IMG/VR virus record: IMGVR_UViG_3300037467_001324
From: an uncultured virus (IMG/VR IMGVR_UViG_3300037467_001324)
Lineage: Duplodnaviria; Heunggongvirae; Uroviricota; Caudoviricetes
Reading direction: 5' to 3' (one strand)
DNA length: 64,000 nt
Below are positions 57,215-64,000 of the stretch, in pieces. Numbering within the stretch: position 1 is the stretch's first letter; every line of letters begins with the position of its first letter. Under the pieces are notes generated by a model, which was not told the DNA's origin, ran no database searches, and saw nothing but the letters and a program-made list of their open reading frames with translations. Made by a program: the position numbers and the translations under genes.

Positions 57215-59713
57215 TCACCCGATGAGATCGGCTTCCTCGAGCGGCGTCACCCTGACATAGGTGCGCTGCCGACCGTAAGCGCCGTGAACGACAGGACTCG
57301 CCTGCTGCCAACTGGACGCGATGGCAGCCTTTGACATGGCGCGCGCGATCGCTTGCTGGTTGGCAGCTGTGTAGCTGCGTAGATCGCCGCGGAGACACTC
57401 GACCCAAATCTGCGGGAGGCACACCTTGTCGCGGTAGCGCGGCTTCTGGTCCTTATCGAGGTCGTCGAAGCCGCCATCATTGATCGGTGCTGCCAGCCAG
57501 GCAGCAATGACGCCGGCCATCCCATCGTCGCTCGTTTCCATGCGACGTGATTCTTGAAGCCCTGCGGCAATGGCGCGCGATTCATCGTCGCGCAGATGCA
57601 GCGGCAGCGTGCCAACGGGTTGAGCAGCCCGCATCTGCCGGTAGAACAGCACTGCCTCAGCCCATAACTGGTCGACATTGCGCTCCAGCTTCGCGGTATC
57701 GATCTCAGCGACGTGGCACGGCATCGGCCAGAAGCGGCGGCCGCCCGTGTCGTCCTTGAGATATTCGCGGTCGTTGGTCGAGCCGATGAAAATGCACTGC
57801 CGCGGGAACTCGCCGGCGCGACGGGCATAGGCGAGGCGCGCGCGGTCCTTCTTGCGGCTGATGAACGCCTTGATGGCGCGCACGTCCGACCGCTGGAAGC
57901 CGGTCAGCTCCGGCAGTTCGAGGATCCACGCGCCCTGCATTAGCTCGATCATCATTTTTGGGTCGTGGAAATCGCCGTCGAGCTCGGCGAACCACTTGCG
58001 GCCGAGTATCTCGATGAAGGTCGACTTGCGCTTGCCTTGGAGACCCTCGAGGATGACGGCAAAATCGAACTTGTGGCCGGGTTCGAAGATGCGTGTAACC
58101 GCGGCAGTCATCATCAATCGCGCGATGTCCAGTGTGTACGGGTTCGGCTCCGCGGCGAGATAGTCGACGAACAGGCGCTCGACGCGCCGCGTGCCGTCCC
58201 ATTTGAGGCCGTTGAGGTACTCACGCACCGGATGAAAGGCGTGGTCGTTCGCCGCAATGACGATCGCCGCTTTGAGATCGCGGTCTGACACCTTGATGCC
58301 GTAACCGCCCTGGGTCCGCGGCGCTTCGATCAGCGCCCGCATTGCGAAATCACGGTCGTCGGACCACAGGCTGCCATTCAGCGGGTCGGCGACGTCCCAA
58401 ATGCGGCCCTCGAGCTGCACAACAGGCTTCGCCTGGTTCTTGCGCCGCGGTTCCTTGTAGCCGGGCGAGATGCGCTGGACGGTCTCCTGTGTGAACTCAT
58501 TGATTTGCGCGAGGCCGACGAACCGAGGGTCGTTGCGGACGATCAGTTTGACGTTGTGAAGGGTCGGCCGGAACGCGCCTTCCTCGTTCACCTCCATCAG
58601 CGAAATCCACCCGAGACCGGCCTCGGCGCCGGCAGCGAGCACGGACTCGAAATCGTTCCCGGTGGATGGTCCGCCGATCAACGCATCGATGTCGTCGTCG
58701 GCTTCCTCCTCATCCTCATCCTCGTCGGCACCTGGCTCATCGTCGTCGATGTCGTCGAAGGCCTGGAACATCCGGACCTGGTTGGCGACCGCCTTGAGCG
58801 TTGCCATGCGCACGGAGTTGGGTTTTTGACGGAAGCTGTTCCAGACGACTCGCTGGTCCTTCTCGTCGAATTTCGCCGACTGCTCCGAGAACTCCTTCCA
58901 GATGTCATAACCGATCTCGTCGCCGCCGAACTCGTGGTGCAGCGCCATGCCGACCGTCAGCCAACCGTCGCGATCCTCGCAGTATTCCTCGATTGGCAGA
59001 TCATCGAGGATAGCTTGAGCCTCGTCCTCGGTGAGACCGAGCGGCGGCTTTAGGTCGAGGCTGTCCGCGGATGCCGCGTTGTCGAGCATCCCCAATTCTT
59101 CAAGCCGTGCGGCCGGGATGCGTGGAAATAGCCCGAGCATGAGCTCGTCGAGATCGACAGCACGTTCCCAAAGATAAGGTTTGCCCGTGTCGGGGTGAAT
59201 CGACGGCGGCATAGCAACTTGCTTGCCGGTGCCGAACAGCTCGATTTCCCAATCGCGTTTCTTGACCTCACGCCCGAGCTTCTCATCATAGACCATCTTG
59301 AAGGTCTCGCTGCGGGCGAGCTTCTTCGACGGGAACGCCTTCTCACAGGCAAAATAATAGTGGCGCGACGGTCCGCCTGATCCGGAGATGACGCTCGGAA
59401 CGCTGTCGGCGATCGCCGGAAACAGCTCGTCGAGTTTTGCGCGAGCCTCGTCAGCGTAAGCAGGATCGCGGATGTCCAGGTCGATGGCATGGAGGTAGGA
59501 GCCATCCACCAACTGCGAGACCTCGCCGAGGCGCACGCCGACATTAACGCCGGGCGAGTGCCGTCGCCGAAGCTGCTCGAGCGTGGCGACCGGCTTGGTT
59601 GACCAATCCTCGCCGATAGGGCGCTTCGATTTGGGATGCAGCCAGTGAATCGCAAAGCCGGCCTCACGGAGAGGGCCGATTTCTGCCAACACCTGTTCGT
59701 CAAAGGCAGTCAT
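57215..59713 (-). CDS. Bifunctional primase-polymerase/PriCT-2/VapE-type helicase
   Basis: SKRP…W, NVGVRLG, IDLD, HYYF, PPSIHPDTG; WLTVGMALHHE; Walker A GLQGKRKST; GSTN..YLKDDTGGRRFWP. Confidence 0.93.
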   Translation of the reverse strand: MTAFDEQVLAEIGPLREAGFAIHWLHPKSKRPIGEDWSTKPVATLEQLRRRHSPGVNVGVRLGEVSQLVDGSYLHAIDLDIRDPAYADEARAKLDELFPAIADSVPSVISGSGGPSRHYYFACEKAFPSKKLARSETFKMVYDEKLGREVKKRDWEIELFGTGKQVAMPPSIHPDTGKPYLWERAVDLDELMLGLFPRIPAARLEELGMLDNAASADSLDLKPPLGLTEDEAQAILDDLPIEEYCEDRDGWLTVGMALHHEFGGDEIGYDIWKEFSEQSAKFDEKDQRVVWNSFRQKPNSVRMATLKAVANQVRMFQAFDDIDDDEPGADEDEDEEEADDDIDALIGGPSTGNDFESVLAAGAEAGLGWISLMEVNEEGAFRPTLHNVKLIVRNDPRFVGLAQINEFTQETVQRISPGYKEPRRKNQAKPVVQLEGRIWDVADPLNGSLWSDDRDFAMRALIEAPRTQGGYGIKVSDRDLKAAIVIAANDHAFHPVREYLNGLKWDGTRRVERLFVDYLAAEPNPYTLDIARLMMTAAVTRIFEPGHKFDFAVILEGLQGKRKSTFIEILGRKWFAELDGDFHDPKMMIELMQGAWILELPELTGFQRSDVRAIKAFISRKKDRARLAYARRAGEFPRQCIFIGSTNDREYLKDDTGGRRFWPMPCHVAEIDTAKLERNVDQLWAEAVLFYRQMRAAQPVGTLPLHLRDDESRAIAAGLQESRRMETSDDGMAGVIAAWLAAPINDGGFDDLDKDQKPRYRDKVCLPQIWVECLRGDLRSYTAANQQAIARAMSKAAIASSWQQASPVVHGAYGRQRTYVRVTPLEEADLIG

Positions 59714-59758
59714 TCACGCTCCTGTCGACCCAAACCCAATCACTCTGCGGACGGGTCG

Positions 59759-60067
59759 TCAGGAGAGCAGGAAGCGTGCAAAATCCTGCTTGGTCGGAGG
59801 CGCGATTCCGCGTTCCGCGAGATGGTTGCTATATGGCTCCCTGTTCGCGAGCTCGATCAGACGCTCGACGCCCTTCTTCGACAGGATGCGGCCGTCGCGG
59901 AGCCACTTATAGAGGCCCTCCTTGGTCATGCCGATTTCCTTGGCGAGCTGCTCGACGTCGAGCACGTTCTGCTTCTTCGTGCGAAGCGTTGGAAAGACGT
60001 GACAGAGGGTCTTGTAGAGCTCCGTTCCAGTCCAGCTGAAACGCTGCGGTGCATCGGCTACTTGCAT
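59759..60067 (-). CDS. Cro-like HTH regulator
   Basis: VEQLAKEIGMTKEGLYKWLR; GGAGG RBS; operator at 60136-60154 in the divergent intergenic region. Confidence 0.75.
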   Translation of the reverse strand: MQVADAPQRFSWTGTELYKTLCHVFPTLRTKKQNVLDVEQLAKEIGMTKEGLYKWLRDGRILSKKGVERLIELANREPYSNHLAERGIAPPTKQDFARFLLS

Positions 60068-60219
60068 TCGATTCGTCCCTCCGGTTGCCCCGACATTAAC
60101 GAACGGCGTTCGCCAAATCAACCGGCTATTGTTTAAATCACTAAACAGTTGACTGAAACGGCGCACGAGGGCAAAACAAGCGCCGACTCGCCGGTGGGGT
60201 GAGGTTCAGAGGAGCGAAC

Positions 60220-60780
60220 ATGAGCATTGAAACAGCGTTGGCGGAACTGACCGCCGCCGTGGTTGCCAATACGGCGATCCTGGAGAAACTCGAAGCCGGA
60301 CGCGAAGCAGCGCTTGCGCAGCTCGAGGCGAAGGGTGAAACCAAGACAACCCGAACTCGTAAGCCGAAGGCCTCCGACGATAGTGCAGGGGATGCGGCGG
60401 GAAACGCCAGCGGCGCCGAAGGTGCAAGCACGGGGTCTCAGGCGGGCGGTGCCACAGCTGCTGTTAAGAGCACCGCGCCGACCGCCGACGAGGCGCTCGT
60501 TCGCCAAGTCGCCACTGACTACATCAAGGGCGCCGGCGACAACGCCGAGGAACGCAAGGCGCGCGCAGGCAACATCAAACGCATCACCGATCATTTCGGA
60601 ACCGCGGCGCTAGCCGGCGACAACGGCATCAAGGACGCAGAGCAACGCGCCCAGGCGGTGTTCTACCTCAAGCGGTATGATGCTGGCCTCGAGGTCAATT
60701 TCAGCGCCGAATATGACTTCACCGGCGACCCCACCCAGGGCGCCGCGGAAGCGGAGGATTCGTTCGACGGAATCGGCTGA
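60220..60780 (+). CDS. Hypothetical replication-module protein
   Basis: MSIETALAELTAAV N-terminus, low-complexity linker; GAGGAG RBS. Confidence 0.75.
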   Translation: MSIETALAELTAAVVANTAILEKLEAGREAALAQLEAKGETKTTRTRKPKASDDSAGDAAGNASGAEGASTGSQAGGATAAVKSTAPTADEALVRQVATDYIKGAGDNAEERKARAGNIKRITDHFGTAALAGDNGIKDAEQRAQAVFYLKRYDAGLEVNFSAEYDFTGDPTQGAAEAEDSFDGIG

Positions 60781-60806
60781 CGAATCACTAACTTAGGGAG
60801 TCCAAG

Positions 60807-61569
60807 ATGGACCAGAACACGCTTACGAACAAAGAGAAGGCGATCATCTCCGCCATCAGTTCGGCAGTTACAGGTGGCGTTGGCTACGGTCTGCTGCCGC
60901 CCGGTACGCCAGAGGTCGTCAGTCTTATCGGCGCTGCCGTGCTCGCTGTGACGGCTGCGGTTTACGCCGTGAAGCATCTTCTCAATCCGACCGCGTAACT
61001 CGATGGAACCGACCATCGAAATCACGCGCTCGAAGCTCATCGCTGCGCTGGCGCAGTGGGAGGCGGACAGCAAGGCTAACAACTGGCCTGAGCGCGCCGA
61101 CGAGGAGCGTCACGCGGACAACGCGGACTACCTCCTCGAGCTGATGGGCGTGAATTGAGATGGGCGCCGCCATCTCCGCTGAGGTGGCCGAGCAGCGAGC
61201 TCGGGAGATGGCGACGCTCGACCCCGCCGACCGCGATGTCCGCATCGTGTTCGGTATCCTCTCAGGCGTGGTGACTGACGGGCGCTCGCGGTTCGCCGCG
61301 GGACGGCCCGTCAGCATCGCCGCGAGGTGCGCATGAACCGGGAACTTAATCCCTGCACAGATTGCCCGTTTCGGGCTGAACTGAATATCGAGCACGCAAT
61401 GCTGCGTTCGCAGGTCGAAGCCGGTCAATGGGTTCCCTGCAAGAACACCCTTCGAGCTCCTGCTGACGGCAGCTTCCAGGCGAAGATCGAAGCCTGGCGA
61501 CAGGAGGAAGAATGCGCTGGCGCTCGGATGTGGCGGCGTGATCGACAGCTGCCCGCTATCGCCGCGTGA
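60807..61569 (+). other. Four small genes (60807-60998 membrane; 61003-61158; 61160-61336; 61333-61569 Cys-rich)
   Basis: Contiguous + strand ORFs; PCTDCPFR motif in the last. Confidence 0.55.
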
Positions 61570-62750
61570 TCGCACACGCGAAACTGTCGCCCTCCGGCGC
61601 TGACCGATGGATGGTCTGCCCCGGTAGCGTTGCCGCCGAGGAAGGCCTCCCCGACGAAACCAGCGAGGAAGCCGCCGAAGGCACCTTCGCGCACATGATT
61701 AGCGAGGACTGCCTCGCGCTAGGCTTGGACCCTTACGATTTCATCGGTCACCGAGCTACCGTCGAAGGCCATTCATTCGAGTGGGACGAGGAGGACGCAG
61801 ACAACCTCGCGTTCGGCATTTCGCAGATTCGCTCGTTCGGTGGGCAATTGTACGGCGAGCAGCGCGTCGATCTCACTCACTGGCTTGGCGACGATCAGTT
61901 TGGCACACTGGACCGCGCAATCATTCTGCCCGACCTCATCGTCATCGACGACCTGAAATGGGGTCGCGGGATCCCGGTCAGCCCGGTCGAGAACCGACAA
62001 CTGTCGCTATATGGACTCGGCTTCTGGCGTGACATCGCCCGCCATCAGACCAACGCAACTGATTTCCTCATCATCATCGATCAGCCCCGATGCAGTGGCG
62101 GCGGAGGCGAATGGCGGACGACACTCGATCAGCTGCTCGCGTTCGGCGAGGAAGCGCGCGGTGCCGCTGAGCGTACCCGCGATCCCAACGCACCGCGCGT
62201 CGCGAGCGAGAAGGGGTGCCGCTTTTGCAAGCGCCGCGAAGCACCCGGTGGATGTTCGACGCTCGATATGTTCATGCTCGATTTGTTCGGAAAGCAGTTC
62301 GACGACCTGGACGACGAAATTATGGTTGGCGGACCAATGGAGCTGCCGGTCGTCGTTACGCCCGAACGCAGGAGCTTCATTCTCGATAACCGCAAGCTGT
62401 GCGAATCGTGGTTCGACAAGCTCCATGCTCAGGCGCTCGATGATGCGCTCCACGGGCGCCCATGCGGCGGCAAGAAAGCAGTCGAGGGCCGCAAGTTGGC
62501 CGACAAATGGAAGAACCTAGACGACGCTGACATCGCGCTCCTGCTGATGCTCGGCGACGGCCGCCACAATCTCAAGCTCAAGACACCGACTCAGGTGACG
62601 AAAGAACTCAAGCTCAAGGACAACATTCCGCCTGAGCTGGAGCAGCTGATCGAACGCGGACAGCGAAAGCCGACGCTCGTCAGCGAGCAGGATGCTCGAC
62701 CTGCAATGCTGATTAACCTCGAGCAGATGTTCGACGACCTGGACACTTAG
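61566..62750 (+). CDS. DUF2800 Cas4-like PD-(D/E)XK nuclease
   Basis: HAKLSPS..RW..CPGS, EGT.AH, FGTLD, DLKWGRG, QL.LY, CRFC. Confidence 0.9.
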   Translation: MIAHAKLSPSGADRWMVCPGSVAAEEGLPDETSEEAAEGTFAHMISEDCLALGLDPYDFIGHRATVEGHSFEWDEEDADNLAFGISQIRSFGGQLYGEQRVDLTHWLGDDQFGTLDRAIILPDLIVIDDLKWGRGIPVSPVENRQLSLYGLGFWRDIARHQTNATDFLIIIDQPRCSGGGGEWRTTLDQLLAFGEEARGAAERTRDPNAPRVASEKGCRFCKRREAPGGCSTLDMFMLDLFGKQFDDLDDEIMVGGPMELPVVVTPERRSFILDNRKLCESWFDKLHAQALDDALHGRPCGGKKAVEGRKLADKWKNLDDADIALLLMLGDGRHNLKLKTPTQVTKELKLKDNIPPELEQLIERGQRKPTLVSEQDARPAMLINLEQMFDDLDT

Positions 62751-62803
62751 GCCAACGGACAACCGACGCAACCGACATCACCGAGAAAAACCAGGAGTTT
62801 GAA

Positions 62804-63502
62804 ATGAGTGAAGCACCGAAGCCCGCCGATCCGCGGACAGTTCGCCTGAAAATGGTGAGGCTGTCCTTCACGGATTCGCTCAAGGACAAGAAGGCTACCG
62901 TCGAGAACGGCACGCCCAAGCACAGTTGTAACCTCATCGTCGTGCAGACGCCCGGTGAGGACAAGTTGTCGCAACAGGCCGCAGCCCTGTATAAGGACAA
63001 CCTCGCCAAGATTCAGTCGGCCATCAAAGCAGCCTGCATCGAGCAGTGGAGCAAAGAGGACACCTGGAAGGAAATCCAGGAGGATAGCCCGAAGCGGCTT
63101 TGCTTCCGCAAAGGCGAGCGGTTCAAGAACAGCGATGGCGAGGTCTATAAGGGCTACGCCGGCAATTGGGGCATCAGCGCCAGCGGCCCGAAGGGTGGCG
63201 AGCACCGTCCGCTGCTGCTCGATCGCTACAAGCGCCAGGTCGAGGAGAAGGACATCCTCGAGGTGATGGCGGGCGGCTACTACGGCGATGTCGTCGTGTC
63301 GTTCTTTGGCACCGATAAGGGCGGCAAGGGCTTGTTCTGCTCGGTCGAAGCCATTCGATCGCGCCAGGAAGGCGAACGCCTTGGCGGCGGGCCGCGCGCG
63401 AGCGCCGACGATTTCGACGATCTCGACGACGACGATTCGTTCAGCGGCACCGCTGCTGGCGGCAGCTCGTCGGGTGGCGACGATTTCGACGGCATCGGCT
63501 GA
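62804..63502 (+). CDS. ssDNA-binding protein (DUF2815/T7 gp2.5-like)
   Basis: VRLSF, GE, GERLGGG, acidic tail DDFDDLDDDD. Confidence 0.88.
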   Translation: MSEAPKPADPRTVRLKMVRLSFTDSLKDKKATVENGTPKHSCNLIVVQTPGEDKLSQQAAALYKDNLAKIQSAIKAACIEQWSKEDTWKEIQEDSPKRLCFRKGERFKNSDGEVYKGYAGNWGISASGPKGGEHRPLLLDRYKRQVEEKDILEVMAGGYYGDVVVSFFGTDKGGKGLFCSVEAIRSRQEGERLGGGPRASADDFDDLDDDDSFSGTAAGGSSSGGDDFDGIG

Positions 63503-63508
63503 GGAGGT

Positions 63509-63553
63509 TCGGCCACCGCGGGGTTCGGAGCCATCATCTCCCGCGGTGGCCGA
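63509..63553 (+). other. 14-bp perfect stem-loop between the SSB and polymerase genes
   Basis: TCGGCCACCGCGGG/CCCGCGGTGGCCGA; no T-tract. Confidence 0.7.
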
Positions 63554-63562
63554 CACTGCTGA

Positions 63563-64000
63563 ATGACGAAGCAGCCCGTCGCTTGCGACATTGAATGCTA
63601 TCGGAACTATTTCCTCGTCGGTCTCAAGCGGATCAGCGACGGCACGCTGCTGCAATTTGAGTTTTCCGAGCGGTCGCCGCTCGACAAGGAGCGGCTCAAG
63701 CGAATCCTGCTCAACCACCGAGTCATCACCTTCAACGGTCTGACCTATGATGTCCCGCTGATTTACTACGCGCTCGAGGGCGCGACCAACGAGCAACTCA
63801 AGCGGGCGAGCGACCGCATCATTCAGGGCAATGTCAAGTATTGGGACGTCGAGGACCTGCTCGGCATCCGCATTCCGCGCGAGCTCGATCATATCGATCT
63901 TATCGAGCCTCAACCGAACGCCTTCGCGGCGTTGAAGCTGCTCGCCGGTCGACTGCACTCGCGCACGTTGCAGGACTTGCCTTACGAGCACGACACGATC
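63563..64000 (+). CDS. DNA polymerase, N-terminal 3'-5' exonuclease domain; 3' truncated
   Basis: MTKQPVACDIECYRNYFL…ITFNGLTYDVPLI…DHIDLIE; follows the SSB. Absent from the ORF track because no stop codon lies in the window. Confidence 0.85.
   Translation, partial: MTKQPVACDIECYRNYFLVGLKRISDGTLLQFEFSERSPLDKERLKRILLNHRVITFNGLTYDVPLIYYALEGATNEQLKRASDRIIQGNVKYWDVEDLLGIRIPRELDHIDLIEPQPNAFAALKLLAGRLHSRTLQDLPYEHDTI

Larger units (their letters stand above)
1..64000. mobile_element. Temperate siphovirus/prophage with Chi/Nazgul-like organisation; extends beyond both window edges
   Basis: Integrase, lambda-type head module, tail/TMP, lysis cassette, primase-helicase, DUF2800/DUF2815/DNA polymerase. 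No host housekeeping genes in the window. Confidence 0.95.

Noticed and set aside
61566..62750. Cas4 as part of a CRISPR system
   Set aside because: It is the DUF2800 nuclease in its usual phage context beside SSB and DNA polymerase.
62747..63991. 414-aa minus-strand ORF
   Set aside because: Antisense shadow of the SSB and polymerase genes, typical of high-GC codon bias.

Overview
The whole window is a temperate tailed phage or prophage with high GC. The gene content (GapR-, CtrA- and DnaA-like proteins, GANTC-rich intergenic DNA) suggests an alphaproteobacterial, probably sphingomonad, host; this is an inference. Gene order resembles Chi/Nazgul-like siphoviruses. From the left: 3' part of a tyrosine integrase, AlpA, two DNA methyltransferases, lambda-type terminase/portal/S49/decoration/capsid genes, tail genes with a -1 frameshifted chaperone, a GT87 moron, lysis genes and a large metallophosphoesterase (+ strand, 1-32 kb). 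A long leftward accessory/early arm follows (33-55 kb: two more methyltransferases, GapR, dNMP kinase, ThyX, ACP, a fibre module, BTLCP, MazG, SLOG, many small ORFs). The window ends with a cos-like packaging region (about 55.3 kb), primase-helicase, and the start of the DUF2800/SSB/DNA polymerase module. Four signals stand out. (1) A gene-free, densely base-paired stretch of about 830 nt (56.33-57.16 kb) with its own promoter looks like a large structured ncRNA. (2) An acidic-x-x-L-I-G peptide tag ends or begins many unrelated proteins. (3) A 19-bp palindrome ANTCA-N9-TGANT recurs genome-wide, overlapping promoters, ribosome-binding sites and CcrM/GcrA-type GANTC sites. (4) A candidate cosQ/cosN site is flanked by two repeat families. 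All product calls come from motif recognition and synteny; no database searches were run.
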